A model generated the notes under the pieces. It was given only the letters and a program-made list of their open reading frames with translations, searched no databases and had not been told where the DNA came from. DNA of 61,970 bases, counting the filler, from Basidiobolus ranarum (taxonomy: Eukaryota): NCBI GenBank assembly GCA_040143965.1. It is 2 parts of 2 records of this genome, joined end to end, with 100 filler letters (N's around TTAATTAATTAA, not from the genome) between each part and the next. Parts side by side here need not be neighbours in the genome. Positions count along the whole stretch, not along the records: positions 1 to 30,950 come from JASJQH010000094.1; 1 more part is not named here. The stretch is one strand, 5' to 3'. Both the position numbers and the translations under genes were made by a program. Shown here piece by piece: positions 11,823 to 25,815 of this stretch (position 1 is the first letter of the stretch; every line of letters starts with the position of its first letter).

Positions 11823-14659
11823 ATTCAAAGATATATTTGCAATATAAAAAGTCAGATGAGTTTGATTAAGTGTCTTTATCTCTGCTGCAATGAAGATGGG
11901 TGTCACGCTTTCAGTGTGTTGAGCTTGTTCGGAAACGATGGAATGGTGAACGGTCAGGCAGGAAGGCAACATTTTTATAGTTCGACTTCATGCCTCCAAC
12001 TCGTGGATCATGATTGGATCATTACCTAGCTAGGTACTGGTTCGACAAAAACCACTTTCATATTAAAAAAGCCCTAGTTCATATCAGTGGCTAACAATGC
12101 TGATGATCACCATTGGTTGAAGTAGCAGAAATTCATCCCATTTTCTAAATTCCTGTCCATTAAGGGCAAATTGCCCGACGAGAAATATTATACCTCAGAC
12201 TCTAGCAGTACACCGAATTTGGCGGGTACCCGACATTTCGGGTACCAGTTATCCCATCATTGGTTGATTAGAGTATTAAAAACTCCAGTCCGAAAGAGAG
12301 TTGGATCTTCATTACTCAAAGCCAGATGTATGATGGCTTTATGGCTAGATCATTAGAGTAGTTTCGTGACAATCGATCATTAGCCATTTGATGCTCTAAT
12401 GCTTGTAATGATAAGGCGATATTAGAGCGTAAAATGTGTCTACGAAGAGAAATCCCGCTGATCTCGTCGCTCCTCCCTTTCTTGTCGTATCTTCACTTTT
12501 CTCTTGCGCATCTGAATGACTAAATGCTAAACTGTCGGCTTTCCTAAGAAATCCGAACCAAATGGGGAACTGTTGATTGAGTCTGACTCACCACGACAAC
12601 AACAACGATGCGGGACCGAACAAGGCACTGAAAAAACACCATTCATATAAAGCTATATGGGAATATACTGAGTGAAGGGATTGGATTTGACGCCAGGTTC
12701 AAACAAGTAGCTCTGCACAAACCCAACTGGAATCACTGTTGACCTTGGAGAGAGTTATCCTTGACCACAATATCTGTCGAAATAATTAATATTCGAGTTG
12801 GGTTTTGTACGAAAATGGTGAAATATCCCATGGCTAGTGTAACTCTCTTGTATGCATTCATCATCGCTTTGCTCTAAACTAATGTCCAGTTAGCTCGTTC
12901 TTTTCACGCACGTACCATATATGAGATTGACTAAATTGGACATTTGCATCTAAGAAAACTCCTGAGAGAATCTCCGCAGAGGTCAACTGGGAGCCTGTAA
13001 AAACGTAAGTGATCAAATGAATTTCGGCTATTTCAATTAAACGTCAGGTCTACCACTCCAACACTTATTTCAATGAAAATCAACTATTCTAACCTCAGCC
13101 TATCAAGTGAGCTTACCCATCGTTGTACCAATAATATGCTTAGTTACGCCCAAGAGAGGTAATATCTAATTTATACTACTGCCAATCCGTTACTGCCCCA
13201 AATCAACACTATACTGGTTGGTGCAATTTAAGATTCATTTGACTCCTCTAGTATGTCACCTGCTCAATTTAAAGTATCTTGCGATGCTGTCCGATAGCTC
13301 AGGAATTGACGTAGTATTGAGTCAATGTCAAGACAATCTTTTAGCCATTATGATCGAGGAGATCAAGTATAGCTTTAAGAAATGTGCGCACTCATACGTG
13401 ACCTTGTTACGAATTTATTTGATCGGCAGAAGATGATGTTGCTACTTTCACTGGATCCAACTATATACAACAATTCAACCCTTCCACTCCAATCTTTGAG
13501 CAATGTATGATCCCGTTTCGCCAAACCACAGGTTTAGTTTGGCACTAGGAGAGAGTGAATAGTAGATCAATAAACGTTAAAAAATAATTTGTTGGCCACC
13601 AAGTCATGTCAATAGCGAGATACCCTCATAAAGACATTTGTAGCGCATTTTGTTAATTCACCATACCTATTTGGGCTAGGATAGATGTTAATCGATTGTA
13701 ATGTGGATAGCTCAAAGTACGCTTCAAATAGTTGCTTAGCCCTATTTCTTTGCCTCCTATATAGAAGGGGAATCTAGATACTCATACGTTATCAAACTCT
13801 GATGGGTATTGGGGTTATTGTCATTTAACAAGTATCATTACCATAATTTCCTAGAGTGAGCACCTCTTACATCTTCGAAGTTTCTATTAATACACATAAT
13901 TCTGGCATATATGAGTATCAAGCAGAATTTGCCCTATTTTTACTTTATAATTGCATACCGTGAAACAGCTAAGATTGATATAGGGAAGATGATTGAATTT
14001 GTAGATCAATATTGATAAGTCATTGTATTGCACTGGATTCCCATGTGTTCTGCAGTTATATACACATGTGCTCAAAAAAATTTACTGTTTACCATTAATT
14101 TATAAATTTCGGTAAGTTGATAGTCCTGCAGTAAGGTAGACTTAAATATCTTTCAGTGCGTGATTCGCCTGCAGGTAGCTAATCGAGTGTGATGTAACTA
14201 ATGCCAAGGATTTGAATTTGCATGCCTTTTCCTCATAATTCAATAAGCTTGATCATCAAGGTATAAGCTAAGCAATAATGTTGGTCTAAACAAATGAAGG
14301 TTACCTGTCATAAATTTACATTGAAGGGGAAATGACAGCTTATCCTTGTGCTTACTTGCTTTACCACCGCACTCCACACCATTAGTATTGCATTTTTCCT
14401 TTCACCTTTTTCTTGAGCTGCTCTATAATCTTTGCACTTCATTTGCTCCATGATATTCATATTGATCCTGCTGTAAGAACTTTATTCTTAAGTTCTGCTG
14501 TGATTAATAATAAGGTAATGCTGTTGAGAATGACATAGCTTAAGCATATATATAGTCATATAGTTAGCTACCTAAATCTCACTATGTTGCTATTCAATAT
14601 CTTCATGAGGAATTTATGCTCAAAATTCTTACCAATTGGAAAGTTTTCAGAATGTATAA

Positions 14660-14965
14660 ATTTCTAAAACTTGTCCAAGAGGCTCCAAGCTCTGTACGCA
14701 TGTTCCTAGGACCTTCCCAACAATATTCTGTACGTTGGCTCGTCTACTTCTTGACAAATGTATAACTGCTTAAATTTGGGGTCTTTGGCTGAATTCCTCT
14801 TTAGGCACCATCTCAATGGCGTTACTAGTTCCTTCTCAGGCACTAATTATATTTTCATTCCAACATGAAATTTCTACATTTTATCAAAACAAGATCTGAA
14901 TAGGCCAAAAATCCTAACATTGAATATGTTATCATGTTGCCAAATGGCACCAGCTTGAATTTTAT
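14660..14965 (-). mobile_element. Possible Tc1/mariner transposase remnant
   Basis: Minus-strand IWQHDN followed by frameshifted WPxYSxDL-like sequence; CpG-poor surroundings. Confidence 0.25.
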
Positions 14966-16947
14966 CACATTTTGGGTAGGTTGATTAACATGATTGACTA
15001 CTACCTTCATAAGTGCTTTTAACATATAATATGATAGTAAAAACTGATATCAAATGATACAACTATATGTACATCAGCCTTATTGATGTTAAAGAGTGTA
15101 GTCAACGATAGAAACTTAGTTTTTATGTTCGGGCACAAATTGGCATCTAAAATATAGTATTACAATTTATGGTTATGGTCTCCATGGTCTAGCAGTCATG
15201 TTGAAAAATGAAATCTGTACTTACAGCATCCATACGAAATACTTAAAGTCTTGTCTACTTTTCAGTGACTACATGATAGAGGACTAGATTGCCACCTGTT
15301 ATGTGCACATCTTAAATTAGCAAAGTGTGAGATATCTTCTAAGCAAAGCAGAATAAAAATTACAGTTTGTAAAATGATGAATGAGCTCACAACCCATGCA
15401 CTATATGTAACCGATAAAAAGTAGCCTAGATTTACTAGGTTATAATCAGATATGGCAGAGTAACCGATTTAATGCTTGACTTGAATGCTTGTATTGAAAA
15501 TTAAATGAGCTACAATATTGCATTTATTGAGATATACCCTGACTGAAAAGGGTCAGCAGACTCGAACTATTTCTATGATTAGAGAGTGAACTAGTATCAA
15601 GATATTATATATGGGTTAGAGAAAATCTATAAACAAATCTGTGATATATTGGAAAACGTGTTGGCGGAGTTTATGCGGCCAGAACTCAGATAAGGACTAA
15701 TTCAGAAAGATGCGAATAATTGTATGATGATGGCAATGGATTTTAACTTTAGAATATAGATCAATGTGCTTAACATAGCTAGAGTTTTTTAGTAGTAACA
15801 TGTCCTAACGGTATTCACAACGAGGGGAAAATACCAGGAGCCATATACAAAATTGAAAGCTTTATATGTATATTGCCTTGGTAAAATAATGCCAAAAGTG
15901 AATACATCATCCTTAGTGAGAAAACACAAAACTATTGTAGATAAGATATACTATTGGTGTAGCTATTACAAATTCAGATGCTTAGTCGATGGGATAAGTT
16001 GGAATTAAGAAATTTCCATGTATTCAATAATGTTAGTATATTTGCAACACAACTAGCTTTGGCCAACGGTACGAAGTGTGGCGTAACTCACATTTATTAT
16101 CGTTAATGAATGTCTAATAATGGTGATGATTATCAGCTACTTTAATCTGAGGTACTACTTTAGATTACTCATAAAATCGCTTATTTTATATATCCAAACC
16201 TCAATTAGGGGATTCAACAGGTCATCATTATGGTAAATTCGAGGGTTAGAATCACAAATAAAATGCCAGTATCACACGAGTCGTTTATCAATATGCTGTT
16301 GTACCATTCCCGGGTGAGTTCTTTCCGAAAGTCGTCCACCAACCAAGGCCACGTCCAAACAAAAGGGTGATTCGGTTATTACACAATCTACTGAAAATTC
16401 ACAACGAATCTGTGACCATGTGCATAACTTAAATCTGTGGGTTTTTTCTCAGGGATCAACCGGTTTCTATTGAATTAGCATTGATTAATTACAGTTTACT
16501 TGCAAGAGATAGAACGATTCAAGGGGAATATCAAAATCGACATTTCTTGTCTCACTCATAGGATTAGCAGGTGAGTGAGAAAACATCTTAATATTTTAAA
16601 ATTTCCCATTATTTTCGGTGCCGTTGGACTTAAACGTATACTGAATGTATTACCGAGATTCTTGTTATTGGAGTTGATTCGTGGGCACATGTTCTATGAG
16701 ATACAATGTGTGACTATTTTTATAGTGCATATTGTGAGTTGCGTGGGAAGTGTGCGAAAGGTCTTCAACCCACTGATTTCTTATCTAGCATAAATATAAA
16801 AGCAATCTAATGCACCTAAGCTGATATTTTAGTAGCGTTGTGGGGAAGGTTCGAAAGCAAAGTCGTCACCAATTATTTCTACTTTCGCTAAAACAATTAT
16901 TTAATCCTTGTCTTCTCTACCTTAAAGTTGGCTATCAGATTATCTGA

Positions 16948-19149
16948 ATGTATTCTATTTGCAAATCAGTATATCCTCGGTTGAATACAGCTAACACATG
17001 GCGTACATTACTGGTGAACTCAAGGCGGAAATACTCTGCTGTTGACGTTCAACACAATCAGCCCAAGTATTTGACCAAATCCCACGTTGTTGGCGATACC
17101 TCCAAACCACTCTGCGAGGAGACAATAGGTGCTTTCTGGAACAGACAAGTTAGTAGGTTTGGTGACAGGGAGGCTTTAATTGTTAAGCACGAGAACAACT
17201 TGAGATGGTCTTTCAGAGAGTTTGGTGAAAACGTTGACAATCTAATCAGGGGTTTACATGCTTCCGGACTGAGGAAAGGCGACAGAGTAGGGTAGGTGGA
17301 AATACTTTACAGTGATATAATATGTATAGAATACTTATCTATCTGAAACAGCGTTTTCATGCCCAATAACAGTGCTTGGGCTACTTTGCAATATGCCACG
17401 GCAAAACTTGGCCTCATTTTAGTGACGATTAATCCAGCCTATAGGTCTCACGAGTTGCTACAGGCTCTTCAACTAGTCGAATGTAAATCGCTAATCCTAA
17501 CGCCTGCCTTCAAATCTTCTGACTATGTTAAAATGCTGGAGTCTATCATTCCAGAATATAAAAGTGGCCAGCAGAATAACCTACAATGTGAAGAAATCCC
17601 AAGCTTGAAGCAAATTGTCATGGTGGATAACTCGTTTGGAAAGTACGATTTTAAAGATTTAAACGGAATCACTCGCTATGAAGATTTGCTGATGAAGGAT
17701 ACACAGCTGGATAAGAGTATTCATCAACTCCAAGAGACACTTAGCAATAACGACATAGTTAATATCCAATTTACCAGTGGAACAACCGGGCTTCCCAAGT
17801 AAGTAGATCTTTCCATATTATTCCCTCCGTATCACTAGATGTTCCTTTAATTTATGTTGTACCACTATTGTTTATAGAGGAGTATCTCTTTCTCATCGTA
17901 ATATTCTTAACAATGGTATTTCCATTGGGGATCGGATGTTGCTTACTGAAAAAGATAAAGTGTGTATCCCAGTGCCACTGTACCATTGTTTCGGGTTGGT
18001 TCTTGGAAATATGGCTGCAATGACCCATGGCGCGAGTGTTGTTTATCCTAGTGAAGGATTTAATTCAGTGCTGACTTTAAAAGCTGTAGAGGAAGAGAGG
18101 TGCACAGCATTACACGGAGTACCTACAGTAAGAGTCAATGAATGACCTCCTGTTATAAGAGCCAGTATTAACTCAACTTCGTAGATGTTTATTGACGAAA
18201 TGAATTTACCGGACTTCAGCAAATATGATTTAAGCAGTCTCAGGTAACAGACGGAAGGCCTGTAGATATCTCGTCTCGCATATTAATCATTTCTCTATTA
18301 GAACCGGTATTGCTGCTGGAAGTCCAGTTCCAATTGAAACAATGAGAGATCTGATCTCAAAAATGCATATGAAAGATATCACTATCTGCTATGGAATGAC
18401 AGAGACGAGCCCTGTAAGTTTTCAATCACAAACAACGGATGATGTGGAGCATCGATGTGAAACGGTCGGGTCAATCCACCCTCATGTTGAGGCTAAAGGT
18501 AAATGGTTATGATTCTCTTTAAACATTGGTGTATTTTCTAACCAAACGAGCCTACAGTGATCGATCCCGAGACAGGCGAAACTGTTCCAGTTGGACAATC
18601 GGGCGAGTTATGTACTAAAGGTTACATTGTCATGCAGGGAGGATATTGGAACTCTCCTTCTCAAACGTCCGAAGTCATCGATAAAGATGGCTGGATGCAC
18701 ACTGGTGACACTGGAGTTATCAACAAAGACGGTTATTGTAAAATAATAGGACGGATTAAGGATATCATCATCCGCGGAGGGGAGAAAGTTCACCCAGTTG
18801 AGGTGGAGAATTGTATATTTGAAATGCCTGGTGTACAGAATGTCAGCATTATTGGAGTGCCAGACAAGAAATTTGGCGAGCAGGTGAGTGTTTTTGGCCT
18901 ATTTGGCATCCTTTATCATCTGAGATCCTCATTGATCAATCTTTTCAGGTTTGTGCATGGATCACCCCGAGGGATGGCGTTGAACTGACCGAAGAGTCCA
19001 TCAGGGCATTCTGTCAAGGGCTAATTTCTCACTATAAGATCCCTAAATACATCATATTCATGCCCTCTGAAGAGTTCCCCAAAACGGTGACCGGTAAAAT
19101 CCAAAAGAATATCATGCGTGAGCGTTCCAAAAAGCTACTTGGGTTGTGA
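16948..19149 (+). CDS. AMP-binding acyl-CoA synthetase (ACSF2-like), multi-exon, probably mitochondrial
   Basis: [44 protein letters not shown] and [10 protein letters not shown] motifs across GT-AG introns; Arg/Ser-rich N-terminus. Confidence 0.92.
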
Positions 19150-20589
19150 GGATGAGCTTTCTGTCCCCGATCTAATCACCATTCGTTTGATTTCACTTGT
19201 GTTCCTTTGTCTCTGTACCTTATCGTAACAACCTTCCGATACACATGGATGAAGTGATTGGCTGCAAACCGATGTTTTTACACCGTTTTCTATGTAATGA
19301 TTACAATTTATGCTACTAATATGCTGCGAGGTCATCTCAACATGGTGGTTATTTGACTAATGTGACAATAAACAAACCTAATTTATTAGTTCTGCACCAA
19401 ACTTACAATAGTAGTGGTAAAAATAGACTGCTGTATACCCAGCCTGCCAAAGGGATTTTTGCCATATTCTCCGATACACTCAATTATGATTAGTTCCCGT
19501 GCATTTATATCGCTCTCCAGGATATCTTCTTGATATCGACCAAGTGTCATTTGACATCTCCACCATGCTATTGGATGCTTATGGTCTTGAAGAGCTTTGA
19601 TTTGGCATGGTTATCCATGTATTAATAATATTTAGTACAATATGAAGGTACCGCGACTACATCTAAGCGAGAGTGTATGGGGTTTGATTTGACTGGTAGC
19701 ACGGGTATTACCGGGATTAAAAAACAATCTGGCACCGATTGTAAATCAAGCCCTAGCATCTACATACAACTCATAGATGGGAAAATTTTAATTCTATCAT
19801 GTGCTAGTTGTAGGCGTCTTTACTGTAGTTCAGAATTATGACAAATGGACCGCCAACGAGCTTGAGTATTTTTCTTGATGTTGAATCAATCTATTATTTC
19901 CATTCTTGACCAGATCCCAAACCACTAGTATTATACGGAAAGAATGCATCCGAGAATCACACCATGTATCAGAAAGATTTCTCTGTAGGCGGCTAAGCAA
20001 GTATGCTAATCAAACTTGTGGATATAAAGAGAAAGTCTGGATAGATCTATTGGGTGCACTGATGAGTGGAAAGTAGAGTCCAGCAATCGAATTTGTCCAT
20101 CAAATACGCTTCTGTGTTAAGCGAAACTATGTTTTATGCTTGGGCTATTTCCATGTTGTTTCTGGCATCAATTATGGGTATAGTGTCACTGGTCTGCGTC
20201 GTAAGTGTCTTCTGATTGTGTCATTGAGCCTGAACACCACTCAAATGGTCGGTAGCATGTTTGTTTACTAATTAATTTTGATACATTGCCATCTTTTGAC
20301 CGATCAAGATGCTGATTGAATCGGTAGACATGGACAGGAAGTTATTAGTTGGCCTCGATCTCATTTCATCTATTTGCGATTTCGATGGTTTCAAACAGCA
20401 GCTGTCACGAAGCTCTGGATCAATTCCTCAGTAGCGATTGTAAGATCCCATCAAGTTTGCCAAGCTGAGCTTGTAGTCTCTCCAAGATAGTGCTTGTCTG
20501 TAGACTCCTTGGCAGCCTCTGCAATTAAAAGCCTGCATTCAAACCAACGAGAGATGAGCAGAAGCTGTATAAGCCATTGATAGAATCGC

Positions 20590-20990
20590 TGATAAACATC
20601 GGATCTGGTTTATTCTAGCTCCAGCGATCTGCAGGTTTCGTGACTACCTAGATGTACGATATGGGAGCGTCATCATCCATCAGAATCAAACCAGGATACT
20701 AAATTGGGTGCTCAGGTGATGCAAGGCTAATTCTGGGACTGACAAACTACTGGACAGCCACCTTAAACCGTATTCTCTCGCCTTCGCAGTTTCTAATGGC
20801 TGTGATAATAAAAAAGGCGAATCTCATGCTCACACTATTCATCTTAAACTACAACGTATTGAGTTCACAGTTGTTGTACATGAGAAACATACCCGAGACA
20901 ACGCCTAACCAGAAAGCTAACAGGAGGTTTCGCTTTGAAAAAGATCTTTGCTCAGGTGTGGTTGTATGTATCATAGGCGTAGCGGCTACT
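20590..20990 (+). mobile_element. Decayed Ty3/gypsy pol (RT thumb/RNase H) fragment
   Basis: Fragments CRFRDYL, ILNW, DARLILGLTNYW and RRFRFEKDLCSGVVVCII match KCxF..YLG, ILNWP, RSFLGLxNYY and FxLETDAS in the expected order; stops and frameshifts present. Confidence 0.45.
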
Positions 20991-23096
20991 TAATAACCTA
21001 CGGTTCATTCGCTGTTTAATTGTTGATTTCTATTCGACATACCTGATATCCTTCTGATTTATGCTAATTAAATCTTCGATTTGAAGTGGCTAAATTGTGC
21101 AGTAGTAAGGGTAGAAGGATTTATGCGTTTGGTGAATGGACTAGTAGCAAGTAAGCATGTGATGAGAAATGATCCAAACCTCGATGAGACGGATTTCTAA
21201 CTTTAGCAACTTCAAGATGGGAGAGGAGAGCTTGTCAGTCGAATCCGAAAGATATCCACAGCTTTTGGCCTGCGAAAGCGTACATGATTGACGAATCCAT
21301 TCATCCGAATGAAACTGATTTTTGTGATGCAAATGTAGCAAACTGCCGCATTGCCCCTGTTTGTGCATATTTGGATACTTTCCGCTGCAAGAATCGGTAC
21401 CTTCAAGACTTGGATGTCACATCATACCATATTCAGACAGCGGTTCCCATTTTGTCTATCAATGCCATATCAATTAATTGGGAAATCAACTACTTTGAAC
21501 CGAGAAATAGGAGCCGACCCCCATCATCAATTCATGACACCTTCAGGATACCCAACGCTTTAGGCTAAGGGTTAATTTATGTAGAATTTCTGTAACCGCC
21601 AAACCTAAAATATACTGCCCAGATTTAATACAATATAGTTTGCCTAGCAAGCAGGGATTATCCAGTTGTAAACCCCAGCTCTAGACACTGAAATGTAAAG
21701 CTGTGGCCAGATTACGCAGGATATTTCATATAGGCACAAGTGGAAATTAACTTTAACAGAACATATGAAGTAGGGATATCCTCGGTGGCCCCATTGGCGA
21801 AACACCCCTCAAGTTTGCTACCTGTTGGTACTGACACTAGCAAATCCATAGCTCTCCTTAGGCGTAATAGGAGTGCCCTTTGATTTGTAGATATCTAGAA
21901 CCTTCTCTACGTGCATTCAACCATTCATTCTGAGCGGACATTTAGTATTTTTTTCTCGGTACAACAGTTTAAGAGACAACATGCAGTTCAACCTTGGCAA
22001 TACCAAGATAAATTAGGCTGTATCGGCGCTCTCTAAAAGTGAGTTTGGAACGTTCGCATTATTTATAAGCTATATTATCTGCATGAGAATCTTTGAGTTG
22101 TGCATATACTGGTTTAGATCGTCATCTAGTTCTCAATTGGGTGAATTTTCTTTATGTGGTGTAGAGAAACAACCATTATTAAACCACGCTCTAACAGACT
22201 AAAAATGGCAAACCCCATTTGGAATGTAAACTATGGTATGGGTACTGAACTGTTGGAAACTCAGAGTCAGTCACTCACCGGGTACCAGTGGTTAAAATGT
22301 AATGTGGACTGGGTAACCTAAGCCATAAGGACTCTAACTCCAATCTAACTGGGCTCTTAAACTGACGTAACCCATACAATTATGAGCAGATCTCTAATTT
22401 CCAGCTAGTTTATCGAACCAGGTTGAATATAAGCATCATTTTGCTTTCAACAGCATAAGGCAGAAACTCAGGGTGTGTTGCAACGAAACATGGGATCGTG
22501 AGTGGTAGGGCTCAATAGCCTCGTACGATTTGCAAACAAGATATTCCATTCAATCCGAACATCGCAGTTGACGCATAAAATAAGGATATATACATATCAG
22601 AATTTATCAAGCATTGCGCGTTTTTATATCTTTCAATCAATCACCCGATTTATATATTTAGTGTTGACTGCGTTCCGAATAGTCTGTTATAGCAGAGTTC
22701 TTATTGACTACGCTTGAGGTTGCAGTTGATTCAGCTACCATATGAATCTTTTGGTATGATAATTTGTTGGGTTGTATGGTTTAAGGAGGCTACCGAATCT
22801 GAATGCTGATTTAGTCTCATAGATTTTGAAACCAAAAATCATTAAAAAGGCACAATTCTCCCATCGTCTCTTTCGAACCTTAATCTTCAGTAAGTTACTG
22901 TCGATTTCTTTCGCTGAAGTGGCTACTCTTTATTTCTTCTTTTCCTCGTCTAGCACAGGATTTTTGATACCACTACCTCGTTGTTTTCATTGTTACTTTC
23001 CGATTATCCCCCCATAGCTAATTGCTTACGCTACAATTGTTAGCCTTATCAACAAGCCCACTCCATTAGATCACCTTCGTATCGACTTTTTTTCTT

Positions 23097-24401
23097 ATGA
23101 ATTCTCTAAAGGAAACTGCTACGCAAGAGCATCTATTTAGTACCAACGAAGAGCATGAGCTGGACGACACGATTTTAGATCAAATGCTTAAACTAACCGA
23201 TTCGCAGGCATCTGAGGCTGAAGGGTCTAGAATATTGAGTGAAAGTTTGAATCATCTTGAAGCGCTGGACAATGCTAGTTCTTCCAAGCTATACCGTGAG
23301 GATAAGCTCGATATATTGAATGGTGATGTAAACCAACCATTTTTCGATTGTACAGAAGACAAGATGGTCCCAGTTTCGGATGCTATACTCAATAGGATCT
23401 CTCAAGGGTCTTCTTATGTTTCGCTTGCGGAATCCCCCACCAATTCAGATTCACCTATATCTCCTCTATCAATGCAGAGTAGAAACGATGGATTCAATTT
23501 ACCTTGGGACAGTGTACAAGGTTTCACTGCTACTTCACATATGATTCCACCAAATTCAATGTATCAATATTCCAACTATGATCCCCATAGCTTGATATCT
23601 AGACGGGCAAGTCTACCAGAAAATGATATTACTCACTTTACGGAATTTCCAGACACCTCCAATGGGAGAAAACGGGTGGTTTCTTGGGCAGATTTGGATA
23701 GTCATTCCTTTGGAGCCAAAGATTTAGAACGAAACAATCAGCATACATCGCAAACATTGTATGCAAGACGGTTTTCTTTACATTTACCGGTTCAAAGTAA
23801 TAATACGAACTCGAAATTTTATTATCCTAATAATGTGTTTTCAGAAGATTATGGTGCAACGGAGATGCTTCAGAAATCATCTATGGATATAAATTTAAGA
23901 AACCAAATGAATTTTCCCATCAGTCATGAATCTCTCACGAAGACCAAAGTCAAGCCTCATCCATACCAGGTCAACCATATGTCCAAGCCCAAAGAACAAA
24001 GGTCTGACATGGATAAGGGATTTTCTCTTAAGGGAGAATTCCAAACTTCCACATTATCTGCCAAGTCCGATAAAGCCTTCGACATGTTAGATGAATACTC
24101 TGACTCTAACATCGATGCTAAAGAATACGACCAAGAAGAAGAGCCATCAAATCAGAGTCAACAACCTCCACAGACGGTGGTTGAGCGTCGCCTGTCTCGT
24201 CGTAGAGAGCGAAACCGATTGGCGGCACGCCGAAGCCGTGAAAAACGAAACCAATTTTTGAGAGAATTGGAACAGCTAAATCAATCACTAAACAATGAGA
24301 ATGGAACTTTGAAAGCGAGTCTCTGTGAAGCCCTACGCGAACTACAAATGTTGAGAGCGGCCAACCCGAACTCCGCAACTGCTTCAAGCACCCATGACTA
24401 A
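23097..24401 (+). CDS. bZIP transcription factor
   Basis: C-terminal basic region RRRERNRLAARRSREKR followed by leucine heptads. Confidence 0.9.
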   Translation: MNSLKETATQEHLFSTNEEHELDDTILDQMLKLTDSQASEAEGSRILSESLNHLEALDNASSSKLYREDKLDILNGDVNQPFFDCTEDKMVPVSDAILNRISQGSSYVSLAESPTNSDSPISPLSMQSRNDGFNLPWDSVQGFTATSHMIPPNSMYQYSNYDPHSLISRRASLPENDITHFTEFPDTSNGRKRVVSWADLDSHSFGAKDLERNNQHTSQTLYARRFSLHLPVQSNNTNSKFYYPNNVFSEDYGATEMLQKSSMDINLRNQMNFPISHESLTKTKVKPHPYQVNHMSKPKEQRSDMDKGFSLKGEFQTSTLSAKSDKAFDMLDEYSDSNIDAKEYDQEEEPSNQSQQPPQTVVERRLSRRRERNRLAARRSREKRNQFLRELEQLNQSLNNENGTLKASLCEALRELQMLRAANPNSATASSTHD

Positions 24402-24959
24402 TTGTTTTAAAGCTTTAACAACCGGAACTGCACGGTTTGCAAAGATAAAGGTACTCATTTAATGAACAGCAAGAATCGAAACCTAGGGTATATCTTTATC
24501 AATGTATTTGTAAAATTGGTTTTGCATTTGTATATCCCTTCCGAACTATTAAACACCCATCTTTCTCTCATTTTGAATAGTCAATTAGTGGCCAGTAAGA
24601 TTTGTATTGGACCGTTGCTTCATAGAATTGAGCTACTTTTGGTGGGCAAATGTATAAGTTAAAATCATCTGAGCAACCCTATTGCCTTATTTTGTTAATC
24701 GCCATCAAACCATTGAATAGCAGCAACATATATACGCTTGTACATGTATGTAGGTGATAGTATATATGTATAATAAAATCAATATAAATACCGAATTAGA
24801 GTTAACCAACTCTTGGCATTCGTCTGCTATCTAGAAACAAATCAATATGAGGTAATGATTCACGTTCTTGATGGCTATTCTTCCAAGTCGATCAGGCAGC
24901 CAAAAGCCTTGCCTCATATATGCTAGCAGGTGTCAGTTGATAGAATGCTACAAGAGGTA

Positions 24960-25815
24960 CGATATTCAGCGATGAGAATGATTGGTAGATACGTGATGCA
25001 GTGAAGGTCCATGGTTTCATCCATTCCAGCTCGATCTGAAAATCCCATCGAATCTCAGGAAATCCAAGCTTTGTAAGACAGGTCGACCGTGGTAAGCAGA
25101 AAAGGGTGCGTTTGGGTTTCTTCGAAATGAGGACCTCACACCCTCCACATTGAGTACAGTCATCACCTTTCTAGTTTGGTGCACAGTAAGGAGATAGGAT
25201 CATTGGAGGGACACCACGTGAAGAGGGAACAACGCAAGCGAAACATATCCAAAAATCACCAGATATTCATTGGGGCATTTCAGATCCAATGAACTTAATC
25301 CATCCCAAGACTCTACAGTGTTTCTGGACACGGCGTAATAGATCTTCCGATTTCAACAAGAAAGCAGCCTGAAAGTCTGGAGGAGAGTGCAATTTGAATC
25401 GACAAGTAAATCAAGAATCTGTGGAAGCTGCGAGATTAGGATCCTTTTTCTATATAGCGAGTTCGTAGGACTCTTCCCTGAGGTGTTTCATGTTGGATCT
25501 GTTTCATAAATGAGAATCCGATGTAGTACTAGTGCCATCTTCTGAACACAGCGAAATGCCAAACCAAGTTTTATTACCATCAGCTCCCCTTTGTTCTATT
25601 GCATCTCGGCATCTCCGATGCGGTGCGCTATTGCCGATGAGATGGATGAGGTGTGGGTATAGGTGTAGGATATAGGGTATAGGGTGTTGTGTTGGGTGTA
25701 GATGAATTTGCAAGAATTTGGATACAGTTAATGGGTGTAGATTCTAGGTCATAGTAGATCTGGGCTTGAGATTCCTCATCCCATAGCGTGTCATGAAAAA
25801 CTCTACCTGCATAAC
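24960..25815 (-). mobile_element. Decayed Ty3/gypsy gag-protease-pol remnant
   Basis: Ordered minus-strand fragments TLWDEESQAQIYYDL (gag-like), GLAFRC (knuckle-like), LLVDSNCT (protease-like), PEIRWDFQIELE...RIY (pre-RT-like). Confidence 0.45.

Noticed and set aside
21284-21568. 94 aa ORF with a faint copia-RT-like look
   Set aside because: Similarity too weak to call; may be more decayed transposon sequence
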